Shown: in pieces, positions 32,937 to 48,601 of the stretch
How positions within the stretch are numbered: the stretch's first letter is position 1
Layout: every line of letters starts with the position of its first letter
Origin: the human T2T-CHM13v2.0 reference genome, Homo sapiens
Assembly: GCF_009914755.1 (NCBI RefSeq)
Contig: NC_060928.1
DNA length: 64,000 nucleotides
Strand: one strand, 5' to 3'
Notes under the pieces: generated by a model
The model's database searches: none
Seen by the model: the letters and a program-made list of their open reading frames with translations, nothing else
What the model was told of the DNA's origin: nothing
Position numbers and translations under genes: made by a program

Positions 32937-33330
32937 CCTTTTTTTTCTTTACAACTTTCTTTTTTTAATTTTCAATTTTTTTATTTCAATATGTTTTTCA
33001 GGAACAGATGGTGTTTGATTACATGAAAAACTTATTTTGGCGATTTCTGAGATTTTGGTGCACCCATCACCCGAGCAGTGTACACTGTACCCAATGTGTA
33101 GTCTTTTATCCCTCACCACCCCCACACTTTTCTCCAAGTCCCCAAAGTCCAATGTATCTTTCTTATGCTTTTGCATCCTCATAGCTTGGTTCCCATATAC
33201 GAGTGAGAACATACAATGTTTGGCTTTCCACTCCTGAGTTACTTCACTTGGAATAATAGTCTTCAATTCCATCCAAGTTGCTGTGAATGCCATTATTTCA
33301 TTCCTTTTTATGGCTGAGTAGTATTCCATG

Positions 33331-33363
<33 letters not shown>

Positions 33364-33419
33364 CACATATATATATATCACATTTTGTGTGTGTGTGTAT
33401 ATATATGTATCACATTTTA

Positions 33420-33475
<56 letters not shown>

Positions 33476-33874
33476 ATTCTCTTTATCCACTCATTGATTG
33501 ATGGGCATCTGGGCTGCTTCCATATTTTTACAATTGCAAATTTTGCTGCTATAAACGTGCGTGCAAGTATCTTTTCATATAATGATGACTTCTTTTCCTC
33601 TGGGTAGATACCTAGTAATGGGACTGCTGGATCAAACAGCAGATCTGCTTTTAGTTCTTTAGGGAATCTCCACACTGTTTTCCATTGTGGTTGTACTAGT
33701 TTACATTCCCACCAACAGTGTAAAAGTGTTCCCTTTTTACCGTATCTATGCCAACATCTATTATTTTTTGATTTTTTGACTATGGCCATTCTTGCAGGGA
33801 TGAGGTGGTATCACATTGTGGTTTTAATTTGCATTTTCCTGATACTTAGTGATGTTGAGCATTTTTCCATATGT
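32937..33874 (-). mobile_element. 5'-truncated L1PB-like 3' end containing (TG)n/(TA)n microsatellites (33331-33471)
   Basis: ORF2 C-terminal peptides; T-rich tail; TSD caagctgatgtattagtt / caagcagacgtattagtt. Confidence 0.92.
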
Positions 33875-33883
33875 CAAGCAGAC

Positions 33884-34525
33884 GTATTAGTTTTTCTATT
33901 GATACATAACAAATTACCACAAATTCAGCAGTATAAAATAATAACCATTTATTAGTTCACAGTTCTATATGTCAGAGGTCTGGGTGAAGTCAGCTGGAAT
34001 CTCTGTGTTAGGGTCTCACAGCCCCAAAATCAAGGTGTCAGCCATGCTGGGCTCCTATCTGGAGGGTCTGGGAGAATTGACTTCCAAGCTCATTCAGATT
34101 GTTGGGAGAGTTTAGTTCTTTGCATTTGTAGAACTGAGGTCTTCATTTCTTTGCTGGCTGTTGGCCAGACATGCTCTAAGCAACTGGAGGCCACTCACCA
34201 GTTCTTGCATGTGTCTTTAAAGCCATGAGTGGTGCATCAAATCCTTCTTGTGCTTTGAATCTATCTGACTTTCTCATCTGCCACCAGCCAGAGAAAGCTC
34301 TCCACTTTTAAAGAACTCATGTAACTATATTAGGCCTCCTCTGAAAATCCCCCTTTTGATTAATTCTAAGCTTACTGATTAGTAACCTTACTTACATCTG
34401 CAAAATGCCTTTGCCATCTAAGATAACATAATCATGGGCATGATATCCTATCACAATCACAGTTTCTTGTCTTGAGGATTAGGGCAAGAGCAGTTGGGCC
34501 ATCTTTAGATTTCGGCCCATCACAG
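33884..34525 (-). mobile_element. MLT1 (E/F/G-like) LTR
   Basis: 'gtattagtttttctattg...aacaaattaccacaaa...aaaatcaaggtgtcagcc'. Confidence 0.75.
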
Positions 34526-34829
34526 TTGACATCTGCAATTAAAACAACTATTTTCCACTCTCCCCCAATAGAAAAAGGGCTCTTTTGGAACACTCAGTTC
34601 CACATCCCCAAATTCCAATGCCTGTCATTTCCCTCTCCTACCACATGAGGCTTCTAGAATGAATTCAGTCTTCCCTACACTTTTCACTTAGGTTTTGCTG
34701 AAATATTTTAGCATTTATTTAAATATTTATAATAATGTGTTTCCTGTGTTTCAGCAATTCTTACATTCTGTTGCTGATGTGCAGACATTTTGCAGTCATT
34801 CATGAAGATTCAATTATTGTCTATCTTAT

Positions 34830-34910
34830 CCACTGCAGTATCCCCATTGTCAACAACTAAGTTTGGCATATATTAGGCATTCAATAAATATTTGTTGATT
34901 GAATGAATTA
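34830..34910 (+). mobile_element. L2 3' end
   Basis: 'tggcatatattaggcattcaataaatatttgttgattgaatgaat'. Confidence 0.75.
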
Positions 34911-35649
34911 ATATGTATGTATGGCAAGGCTCATTGTTTATTTTTTTTCTATTCACTCTATCTTTTCTTTGGCTTGAGTTCTTATTTTTGGTTCAGTTAT
35001 ATTTTATCTCGACTGTCTCAAGTATTTTTCTCAGAGGGGTTACATGGATGACTCACACTTTGAGTTGTTACCTATACTTGACTATCTTTATTCAGGTGAC
35101 TAATATCCTGGCTGGATATGGAACTCTTGAGTTGCTATCCTTTTTCTCTGATGTCATTCTATCATCTTTTAGTTTCTTATGTTTAGAGATGGTTATTCCA
35201 GTGGCATTATGATTCATTTTTTCTCAGTAGATAATGCAATCTCTCTTCTGGAAGGTTATAACAAGTTTTTATTTATCTATTCGATTTTAAGAATTTTACC
35301 TACAAATAACTGGATGACTATCTTTTCTCAGCCGTCTAGCCTGGACCCCTGTGAATACTTTGAATATGCAGACTCATGACTAGGTTCAGCCTGAGAAATG
35401 TTTCCCTGGAATTTGTTTATCTATTGCTTCTACTGTATCTGCTCTCTTTTCTCCTCACTTATTGCCCAGATATTTAATTTCCTGGATTTACCCTTCAATC
35501 TTTTATCCTTTCTCTTATAATTTCCATATAGCTTTTGGCTCTATGTTTGACATTATTTCTTGCACTTGGTCTTTGGGACTACTAACTTGGGTCTCAAAAG
35601 GGACCATTACTTCATGTGCGGAATATATTAATTTTTAAGTCATGTTTTT

Positions 35650-35941
35650 AGTTTTTTTTGTTGTTTTGTTTTGTTTTGTTTTGTTTTGAGACGGAGTCTC
35701 GCTCTTTTGCCCAGGCTGGAGTGCAGTGGCACGATCTCGGCTCACTTCAACCTCCACCTCAGCCTCCTGAGTAGCTGGGATTACAGGCACATGCCACCAC
35801 ACCCGGCTAATTTTTGTATTTTTAGTAGAGACAGGGTTTCACCATATTGGTTAGGCTGGTCTTGTACTCCTGACCTCGTAATCCGCCTGCCTCACCCTCC
35901 CAAAGTGCTGGGATTACAGGCGTGAGCCAATGCACTGGGAC
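35650..35941 (-). mobile_element. AluS with ~26-bp internal deletion
   Basis: Reverse Alu; 'cctccacctc|agcctcc' lacks the usual ccgggttcaagcgattctcctgcctc; TSD aagtcatgttttt. Confidence 0.93.
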
Positions 35942-38414
35942 TCAAGTCATGTTTTTACGACAGGAAGTATTTTCTGTGCAGCCCTTTGGTCTCCCTAAGT
36001 ACACAATTTAATTGAAGTTTTCATCTGTCTCTTCCCCAGTACTTCTGTTTCTTTATTACCATGGCACATTTTCTGATGGCTTAACTGTTTCTTCTCTTGG
36101 GGGTAGCTGGACACTCTTAGGTGAGCTGTTGTCTTTCTTTGTAGCTTATTTGGGACTTAGATTTTATTGATGAGATAGAATAAAGGACACTGGAGGCAAA
36201 TGGTTGTTAGGATATGGGACCTGTGATGAAAAGGTGGGGTACCAGGCACTGCAAAATATTTCTGCAATCTCCTACCCTGAATGACAAGGCAGAGGCAAAT
36301 TAGCCAATCCACTGTCTCCTGGTCTCTGGACACTTAGTAAGGAGGGACCTAGCACACTCACCTGGAATCAAGGTGGGCATATCTTCAAGATTTTCCCAGG
36401 ATTAATTGCCCCAGGTTTTCACTCCATAATCCAAGGAAGCCCCACACCAGTTATCACCAAAAGGATCCCACAGTGCGTAAGGCCTCAACCACACCCCAGG
36501 GCCCACAGACTCCAGAGATACCTAGCTTAAGAGAGTCTAGTCGCTTCAAATTGAAGTAGAAGAAAGGGAGTTGTATTCTGATCACCACATTCCTAGAATT
36601 ACCTAAACTTATTTAACCACAGAACATTCTCATTGAATGACACCTATTACCATCCTAATAGCCAATATTCAGAATTAAAAGTTTGAAGAACACACTTTGG
36701 AAAATGCAGATAAACACATCGTGTTAGGGAGCATCATTAATGCAAATTGACTTGTCAGGTTAAAATTTTTTCACAGTGGCTTTGGTCATGGTCAATATTT
36801 CAAAAGCAGTGCTTTTGATAAACCAAGAAAGAAAATCATTAAAAAAGGAAATAAAAGTAAAATAAATGTCTCTAAGTTCACACAATGTTATCTGCATATT
36901 TTGAAAACAATTTCACTATTTGGTGGGAAGTCAAATGAAGCCATACACAAATTTAATACTCAAATGAGGGGAAAAAAGTTGGCATCAGGGCATTTGCTGC
37001 TTGCCAAGCTGAAAGAATGTTATTGAAGATCCCTTACATAAATGTTCCTTGACCTTTGAGTGAACCAACAGGTCTTAAAAGTTGCATTTGCCAAAGCAAG
37101 TTCCCATAGCAAATAAAGTTTTCAGATGAGTGCATCAGATTTTTTTCCCTCTTCGGCCTAAAGAGGAATTACCATCAGCCATCACCAGGAAGAGCAAGTT
37201 AACTTTTCAGGTTGTTTCTCAGAGACCATTTAAAGTCTGTGCTATAGAGTAGGCATGGCTCCAGTTCCAGAAGGAAGACTTGGGTCAAGTAGCTCACAGG
37301 CAAATGACTTAAATGCTTCTTATAAGATACTACCTGAAACAATCTCTGCTTAAAACATCCGATCTCCATATTGTCGGATCTTCCTATAACTCTGGGATGG
37401 CAGCTTTTAGTAGCAGCTAAAGATGTAAGTATTTTAAAATCTATTACAGAAATGTTTTATTTGAAAATTTAAAATGTTTTTATGCTGACTATATTAGATT
37501 TCTGTTATAAATAAGATTAGTAGCCTAGAAGAAGATTAATAATTGATTATTCTGGAATTTATAGAGCTTTTACATTAACACTTTGGTCACATGTTTAAAA
37601 GGTTTCATCTCATTTCCCAGATTGCCTCTACTCCCTCCCTGTTCTACTCCAGTGTGGCATAAAAATGCAAGCTGCTTAAAATTCTCAAAAGCATTTGTAT
37701 GTCTGGAGTTTCATTGTTTATTTATCAAAGGATAATACCAATTATACTTTTCACTTATCTGGATTTAAGAATGGTGTTTATAGAAAAAATTAAAAAGTAA
37801 TACCAACTATGCCCAACTTTCCCCCTAAGTGTTAACAGTTAATTTAATGACAAACTTTTCCATTCAAGTAATTAGGTCCTGAAGACAAATATTAAACTTC
37901 AAAACAAATAAATAGTTCAAATATACTGGGAGCATAGCAGGAAAGCTAGGATTTTAGTTATTTAAGGCTATCGCAAAAGGGAAGTTTGAAGTGCTATGGA
38001 ATTATAGTGATGCTGTATGGAGGTTCCAAGAGGAAATAATGAATAACAGGCTGAAACCCATTCACTCTAAGGAACCATCATTGCCATTGCTGTGGCTTAA
38101 GCAACTTTTTATTCTCTCTTCCTCTGTTGGATCATTTAGTAGTGGCTAAGAATAAATTTGATTGAAACAAAAGCAAAAACAAAAACTTCCCATATTTAAA
38201 ATACCTTCTGTAGATTTCACCAAAAAACAAAGGACTTTCAACATGATGACTGCTCCTTGTGGTTTCTTCTAAATTCTGTTGTTCCTGAATAAGCAGAACT
38301 CAGCAAGTGGGCCTCTCCCTCCACTGGCCTCCACATATTGCCACCCCCAACCCAAGCAGTATGACCACAGCAGTTTCTGTTCACTCCACATTTGCTTCTT
38401 CCAAAAGAAAAGTA

Positions 38415-38630
38415 GTATACTTTAGTGGTTAAGGAGCTTTGGAATCAGGCAAACGTGAGCGCCAAACCTTAACATTTTCTAGGCAGCCTCTAAGTTTTCA
38501 TGTTCTCATCAATAAAAGAGCCTAACAATAGTCCTACCTCACAGGCTTAATGTGAGGGTTAAATGGGACCATGTTTGTAAAGGGTTTCACATAGTGTATA
38601 AGACATAATAATGACTCATGAATGGTAGTT
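38415..38630 (-). mobile_element. MIR
   Basis: 'tagtggttaaggagctttggaatcaggc...ctacctcacagg...gtgagggttaaatg'. Confidence 0.7.
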
Positions 38631-38710
38631 GAAAATGTGCACCCTCACTTATGAGTCTCTTTTCTTCTTCCTTTTCTCCTTCCCCTGGAGACACTTAGAA
38701 AAGAAAGCAC

Positions 38711-39055
<345 letters not shown>

Positions 39056-39687
39056 AGCGAGGCACTGCACTTCCTTTTTCTGACGCATCAAGCTCTTGTC
39101 CTTCTTCTCATCTGTTCTACAGTTTTGGAGGCAAGAGTTCTTACAGTCAGGCTCTGACCTCTTTCTCAGCTTTATCTTCTGCCTCTTCTCCACCCCAAAT
39201 GAACTTCCTTCCAACTGTCCAACCAAACACTCCAAATATTTTCAAACCTCTATGCAAGTTGTTTTCCCTGCCTAGAGTGCTCTCCTCACCCTATTTCCAA
39301 CAAAGTCATGCTCATCCTTTAGCACAAATATCACTTATTTTGTGAATTTGAAATATACCTCTATCAGCCTTCTGAGCTCCTCTCTTGTCTGTATTCCCAC
39401 AGCACTTTGCACTCAACTTTATTAAGTTACAGATCACCTTGGAGTTTGATAATGAATGAATTGCTGTTTTTCTTTACTAGAAGAATATGAGTCTTTACAA
39501 GACAAGATCTATTGCTTATATCCCCAGAGTTTAGCCCAGTGCCTGGCACTTAGCATTCAATGATATGTTGATACTTAAAATGGACATTCAACTTTCTTAT
39601 TTCCCCATAAATTCTATCTTTCCCGGTGGCCTCAAATCTCCTGTAATCTCCACTGTGATGTGTATTGCCCTTAAAACATGAAAGATA

Positions 39688-40072
<385 letters not shown>

Positions 40073-41146
40073 TTATTTGGAAGGTAATCCCCAAAACAAG
40101 GGAGGGTGTGTGGTTGGGGGGTAGTGAGAAAAGAAAGGGCAGCCAATGAAGGGTTAGTTGCCATGTGGGTGACTGGGTCTGATTCCTGTGGGAAAACATT
40201 ATAAAAGAGAATTTCCTCATTCAAGGGATTAAACAGCTAACAAATTTATCCTCAATTTCCAGATAGTTATTAGTGGTAGCTGCTCCTGGAGAATGTTCAT
40301 TCCCCAGCTCTTCCACCTGCATGTACAGAGTAGCTACACTTGGCTTTGGAGAAAATATCAAAGAGATACAGACTTGGCCTTTCTCCAGCCTTCACTTCAA
40401 GAGAGGAATGGGCAACATACACCTCAGGTGTTGGCTCCCTATTGGAAACCATGATGTAGCCCAATCAGCAGCCAGGCTCTGATTTCAACTTGCTGCAGAG
40501 TGACAAACATGGAATTTGAATAGCAAAAATTCCCTTCCCAGAGAGAGCAAGCCAGCACTGACAGAGTAAAAAGGATTTTTGGAATAGCTGCTCCTTATTT
40601 ATACTTTACTTCTAGGATTGTGGGCTAGAAATATACATAAATGGATCATCTGAAGAAAAATATCATTTACATGCAGGGGTGATCCTGTCACAGTCCCAGT
40701 GGTCTCAAGGCAGGAAGGGAAAAATCTACTTTTTTGATGATCTACTCCAATATTTAAATGTCCTTGACTTCAAACAACAAAAATAACTTATATTTGTTGG
40801 ACATTTACTGTGCATCAGAGTGCAAAGCTGAGCTCATTTAATCCTCCCAACCACCTCATGAGGTAATTACTTCTATTATCTGTATTCTTCATATGAGAAA
40901 ACTGAAGGTCAGATGAATGAAGAAATCTGCCCGAAGTTATCTACTGCTATTAAGTGTTTGGAGCTATTAAGGATACTGTAACCTGTCTTTTTGAATCCAA
41001 TATGCACAACCTTAACTTACATTTATTAAGTTCATTTTTGCATGCCCTCAATAAAGAGAAAGACCCAGTTACTCAGTGTTGTCCACATAATTCTTCAAAT
41101 ACCCTTTTCTTGAAGCTATCCATTTCTTTATCTATTTCTCTTATAT

Positions 41147-41461
<315 letters not shown>

Positions 41462-44400
41462 TATTTCTCATATATCTTTCTTGTTGCCCTGTCTTTACTC
41501 GTGTATGCTTCTCTCTGCCAACTTCTTAATTTTGTATATTCCTCAATAAAATATGTCAAAGTTCTATGTATACAAACTTCATCTAGTTCCTGGCAAGTCC
41601 ATAAATCACAAATCTATTGTTCAAAAATTATCCATAAGCATAAGCATTTATTTTTAAATATTGAATCAAGCTAGCCAAATAAAATTATTATTAAATTTAT
41701 TCCCTGCTTAAAAATTACAGCATGTGCAACATCAAGCAATTCTGAAGCAGAGAAAAGTCATTATAATCCTCCAAATAATGAAGTGTTGCTTTAGGTGATG
41801 AATGTATTCTGATTATGCTCATAAAACAGGCTAACAAAGAAAATTCATTCTTCAACCATTATGTCCAAGAAAAACTATGTCTTAAAGTTGACTTATGTTT
41901 ACAAATGTGTGGTGGGTTCTTTCAGCACAGCATATTTCCCCAGCTCCTTAAACTGGCAACGTTTTTAATTTCACTTTGCTTCTTTGCCATTTGATCTAGG
42001 GCATCTGACATACACAGTGTGGCAAATTTCAACTTTTCTTAAAGTTTAACATTATTGTCACTCTGTAGGTCTTAAATGTCAGCTGTTTCCAAAAATGTAA
42101 CTGTACACTAATCAAAATCATTGTTTTTGATATGACATTTTAACTCCCTAAAGTATAACCACAATGTGAGTTCAACAGGTGAGAGAGTAAAAGTATGGGG
42201 CATATGTTTATGGTACTTAACACTCATTCTTATGTGGCCCTGAATAAGATAAGAGATGCAACTACTCACTTGCCTCCTCATGACTTCAGTGACTCTTGGT
42301 GCATTTGTTGGCTTTGTCTGTTCTCCCCTCTAGATCCACCTTCTCCATCTTGCTCTGTGCCTTTAGGGGCTGACCTATGTGGACTCTATCAGTGGGATCT
42401 CTTGCCCTCTGCCTTTAAGTTGGTTTTGTGCAGTGAAGAGCACTGATTCCATCTTTAGGTAAATTTGTAGTATCATTTTACAGCGATTTATTCATTCATT
42501 CATATAATAAATATCTATTGAGTGCTGACTATGTGACTGACACATTCTGTGCTTGTCATTGGAGATGCAGTGGTAGCTAGATAAATGTAGATTTTAGGTC
42601 TAACGGTCCTAACATTTTCCCTTATAAATCCCATGTTGAAAGTATTTGCCATTTTTTTTTGAGATGATGATTTACAGACATTTAGCATGCCTCAGTCAAT
42701 CGGAAATAGCAAAATAGTGTGTAAAGATCAACTCTGTTAGCTTTAATTCAAGAGGGAAAACAGGAATCCACTGGAATAGAGAAGCATGCCCCAGATCCTG
42801 CAGAGGAGAAGACGGGCAAGCAGTCCCATTGATGGCATTCTACTGATAAAAATCAGTACAGTACATTGCCTGAAGCAAGAGACAGCTTCTCCCAGTAAAC
42901 AAGGATCAAGTATATACCCAACTGTGTAGGCTGCAGCCAGCTCTTATCCATAAGCACCATCCGCTGACTGGAGATTAAACTGCACAGCACAATAGAAAAT
43001 CTGCTGACAGAAGTACACAGCACTGGACTAAGTTTCCTGACACCTCTGCATTCTGGCCCCACAGGAGGCAGTGAGCCTACTCACATGGCCAGTACATCAC
43101 TACTACAACCAGCATGTGGGAAAGCCACCAAAAATGCTATCTACAATCAAGGAACTTATACATACTGTTCACTGAAAGAACCTAGAACCAAAGCCAAAGG
43201 ACTCTACACAACATACATTATAGACACCTCCTCAAGGGGAGGAAAACCTCATCCAAATGAAAGCAAATTCAAAACATAAGAAAGAGAGATAGCTTACCCA
43301 GACGACAATAAACCAGAAAAACATACTGGTTTATTAAAATTCATACTCAACCTGAAAGTATGAATAGACAGATAGAAAACCACCCCCAAAGGATCACACT
43401 CATGCTCTAGCAATGGATCCTAACTAATACGAAATATTTGAAATACTAAATAATTTTAAATTAGTGATTTTAAAAAAGCTCTATTATATTCAAGAAAAAG
43501 TTGAAAACCAACACAAAGAAAACAAAAAAATTCAGGATATGAAAGGAGACATATCATTTTTCAAAAACCAAACAGAACTTCTGGAAATGAAAAATTCATT
43601 GAAAGAAATGCAAAATATAGCTGAAATCTATAACAGTAGACTAGGCTAAGTGTAAGAAAGATTTTCAAAGTTGGAAAACAGGTATTTCAAATTAACCCAG
43701 TCAGATAAAAATAAATTAAGAAAAACTTTTTAATGAACAAAGGCTTTGCAAAATATGAGGTTACATAAAGTGTCCAAACCTGTGAGTTATACTTGTTCCA
43801 ATGGAAGAAGATGAAAAAGTGAAAAGTACAGAAATCTTATTTGAGGAAATAAATCAGGAAAACTTCCTTGGTCTTGAGAGGGATTTAGACATCAAGGTAC
43901 AAGAAGCTCAGAGAACTCCTGAAAGATACATTGCCAGACAACCTCACCAAAGCATTTAGTCATCAGACTATCCAAATTCAATGTAAAAGAAAAAATCCTA
44001 AGTGTCAAGAGAGAATTGTCTAATTACCCACAAAGGAAATCCCATCAGACTAACGGTGGACTTCTCAGAAAAAACCTTCAGGTCAGAAAAGATTGCGAGT
44101 CTATTTTTAGCCTCCTTAAAGAAAAAGAAAATGTCAGTCAAGAATTTTGTATTCTGCCAAACTAAGGTTCATAAATAAAGGTGAAGTAAAATCTTTCCCA
44201 AACAAATGCTAAGGGAATTCATCACCACTAGACCAGTCCTACAAGAAATGCTCACAGGAGTTCTAAAATGGAAAGAAAAGGACAATACTCACCATTATAA
44301 GAGGACACATAGGTACAGAGTTCAAAGATCCTATAAAACAATTACATAATTGAAACTCTAAGGCAACCAGCTAATAACACTATGACAGGAACAAAACCTC

Positions 44401-46574
44401 ACATATTAATATTAACCTTGAATCTAAGTGGCCTACATGCTCTACTTAAAAGATATAGAGCGGCAAATTGGGCGGGGTGGGGGGACAGTGTGAGGAACAA
44501 GACCCAACCAACTGCTACTACAAGAGACCCACCTACTAGCTAAAGGCAGCTATAGACTCAAAGTAAAGAAGTGGAAAAATATATATTATGAAAATGGAAA
44601 ACAAAAGCAAGCAGGAGTAGCCATCCTTATATAAGATGAAACAAACTTTAAGCCAACAACAATAAAAAAAGACAAAGAGGGTCATTATATAATAACAAAG
44701 GGTTAAATACACAAAGAAGATGTAACTATTCTAAATATATGTGCACCCAACACCGGAACACCCAGATTCATAAAACAAATACTACTAGACCTAAGAAAAC
44801 AGATTGATAGCAATACAATAAGTGGGGACTTTAACACCTCACTGACATCACTAAATAGATACTGGGATAGAAACTCAACAAAGAAACTCTGGATTTAAAC
44901 TGGACTATAGAAAAAACAAACGTAATAGACATTTATAGAACATTCATTCTATCCAACAACCACAGAATATACGTTCTTCTCATCCATGCATGGAACATTC
45001 TCCAATTGACCATACACTTAGCCATAAAGCAAGACTCGAAAGAGTCAAAAAAATTGAGGTCATATCAAGTATTTTCTCAGACCACACTGAATAAAATTGG
45101 ATATCAATACCAAGCAGAACTCTCAAAACTAAACAAGACATGGAAACTCAACAACTTGCTCCTGAATGACCGTTGGACAAATAACAAAATTGAGGCAGAA
45201 ATCAAAAAATGTTTCAAAACAAATGAAAATAGAGACAAACACAACATACCAAAACCTCTGTGATACAGCAAAAGCAGTGCTAAGACAAATGTTAATAACA
45301 TTAAATGCCTACATCAAAAAGATAGATCTCAAATTAACAACCTAATGTCACACCTCAAGGAACTAGGAAAACAAGAATAAGCCAAAGGCAAAACTAGCAG
45401 AAAAAAAGAATTAACAAAGATCAGAGCAGAACTAAATGAGACTGACAACAAGAAAATAATACAAAAGGTCAAAAAAACAAAACATTAGTTATGTGAAAGA
45501 TAAACGAGATTGATAGACCACAAGGTAGATTAACAAAAAAAAAAGAAGATTCAAATAAGTACAATCAGAAATTATAAAGGTAACATTACAACTGATATCA
45601 CAGAGATAAGATCAGAGGCTACTATGAGCACCTCTATGTGCACAAACTAGAAAACCTAAAGGAAATGGATAAATTCCTGGAAAACTACAATCTCCCAAGA
45701 TTGAACCAGAAAGAAACAGAAATCCTGAACATACCAATAACACTTAATGAAATCAAATCAGTAACAAAAAAACTTCCAAAAACAAAAATAAAGAGCCAGA
45801 ACTAGACAAATTCACAGCCAAATTTCACCAGACATAACAAAGAAGAGCTGGTACTAGTCTCACTGAAACTATTCCAAAAAACTCTAGCAGGAGGGATTCT
45901 TTCCTAACTCATTCTACAAAACTAGTATCATCCTGATACCAAAATCTTGCAAAGACACAACAACAAAAGAAAACTACAGGCCAATATCCCTGATGAACAT
46001 AGACACAAAAATCCTCAATGAAATACTAGCAAACTGAATCCACAAGCACATCAAAAAGTTAAGTTGCCACAATCAAGTGGGCTTTATTCCTAGAATGCAA
46101 GGATGGTTGAACATATGCAAATCAATAAACATGATTCAGTACATAAACGGAACTAAAAACTAAAACCATATGATCATCTCAGTAGATGCAGAAGAAGCAT
46201 TAGATAAAAATCAAACATCCCTTCTTGATGGAAATTCTCAACAAATTAGGCATTGAAGGAACATACCTCAAAATAATGAGTCGTATGACAAACCCACTAC
46301 CAACATCATGCTGAATGAGGAAAAGCTGAAAGCATTCCCCCTAAGAACTAGAACAAGACAAGGATGTTCACCCTCACCACTCCTATTCAACTGGAATAGT
46401 ACTGGAAGTCCTAGAAGAGCAATCATGCAAGAGAAAGAAATAAAAGATATCCAAATTGGAAAAGAGGAAGTCAAATTATTTCTGTTCACCAATGACATGA
46501 TTATATACCTGGAAACGCTTAAATACTCTTCCAAAAGACTCTTAAACTTGATAAACAAGTAAAATTTCAGGATA

Positions 46575-46891
<317 letters not shown>

Positions 46892-48119
46892 TCAACATAC
46901 AAAAATCAGTAGCATTTCTGTATACCCATAACATGTAAACTGAGAACCAAATCAAGATCTCAATCCCATTTACAATAGCCAAAAATAAAATGCCTAAGAA
47001 TGTATTTAGCCAAGGAGATGAAAGATCCCTATAAGGAGAACTACAAAATGCGGATGAAAGAAAGCATAGATGACACAAACAAATGGAAAACATTCTATGA
47101 TCATGGACTGGAAGAATCAGTATTGTTAAAATGACCATACAGCCCAAAACAATCTATATATTGAATGTAATTTCTATCAAATTACCAACTTTATTTTTCC
47201 CATAATTAGAAAAAAATAATTCTAAAGTTCATATGGACTTAGGATAGCCAAAGCAATCCTAAGCAAAAAGAACAAATCTGGAGAAAAAAATGCCACATTG
47301 CCTGACTTCAAATTATACTGCAAGGCTATAGTAACAAAAACAGCCTGGTACTGATACAAAAATAGACACATAGATCAATGTAACAGAATAGGGAACCCAG
47401 AAATAAAGACACATACCTACAACCAACTATCTTCAATAAAGTCTACAAAAGTAAATAATGGGGAAAGGACATCCTATTCAATAAGCGGTGCTGGGAAAAT
47501 TGGCAATTCATATGCAGAAAAACAAAACTGGACCCCATCTCTCACCATATACAAAAATTAACTCAAGGTGGATTACAGACTTAAATGTAAGACCTGAAAC
47601 TATAAAAATCCTGGAAGAAAACCTAGGAAATCCTCTTCTGGACGTTGGCCTAGGCAAAGAATTTATGTTGAAGATGCCCAAAGCAAATGCAACGAAATCA
47701 AAAATAGACAAATGGAATTTAATTTTTAAAAAATCTGCACAGCAAAAGATAGTCAAATGGGAATTAAGTATACAAAAAAAAAAAGAAAGAAAGAAAAAGA
47801 AAAACCTCTGCTCAGCAAAAGAAATCATCAAGAGTAAACAACCTACCAAATGGGAAAAAATAAAATGCAAATTATACCTCTGACAAAGACCAATATCCAG
47901 AATCTACAAAGGAGTCAAACAAAGAAAAAAACAACCCCATTAAGGAGTGGGCAAAGGACATGATCAGGCATTTCTCAAAAGAAGAAATACAAGTGGTCAA
48001 AAAACATAGGAAATATTGCTTGACATCACTAGTCATCAAAGAAATGCAAATTAAAACCACAATGAGATCTCTTTACACAAATTAGAATAGCTATTATTAA
48101 AAAGTCAAAAAGGAACCAT

Positions 48120-48474
48120 TGATATGGTTTGGCTGTGCCCCTACCCAAATCTCATCTTGAATTCCCACGTGTTGTGAGAGGGAACCAGTGGGAGGTAATT
48201 GAATCATGGGGCCAGGTCTTTCTCATGCTGTTCTCATGATAGCGAATAAGTCTCACGAGATCTGATGGTTTTAACAAGAGGAGTTCCCCTGCACATACTC
48301 TCTCTTTTTGCCTGCTGTCATCCATGTAAGATGTGACTTGCTCTCCTTGCCTTCAGCCATGATTGTGAGGCCTCCCCAGCCATGTGGAACTGTAAGTCCA
48401 ATAGACGTCTTTCTTCAGTAAATTACCCAGTCTCAGGTATGTCTTTATCAGCAGCATGAAAATGGCCAAATACA
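48120..48474 (+). mobile_element. THE1B-like solo LTR
   Basis: 'tgatatggtttggctgtg...cccaaatctcatcttgaattccc...cagcagcatgaaaatgg...aataca'; ccat on both sides. Confidence 0.93.
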
Positions 48475-48601
48475 CCATCCTTTTCTTGGGATTGCACTAC
48501 TTTCCAATCAGTGCATAGTGAGGGCAGTACTACTAATGCGTACACAACACACCTGCATCAACTAGAGCTTTGCTTTACCTTGGTGCAATTTTTGGAAAAA
48601 T
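48475..48601 (+). pseudogene. U4atac minor-spliceosome snRNA (RNU4ATAC) retropseudogene; first nucleotides AACCAT lie at 48114-48119, before the THE1
   Basis: ccatccttttcttggg...gcatagtgagggcagtact...catcaactagagcttt...ggtgcaatttttggaaaaat matches recalled U4atac along its length; Sm site AATTTTTGG at 48587-48595; CpGs decayed. Confidence 0.9.

Noticed and set aside
48475-48601. Functional RNU4ATAC gene
   Set aside because: The 5' end is split by THE1, it is embedded in L1 with no snRNA promoter context, and its CpGs have decayed.
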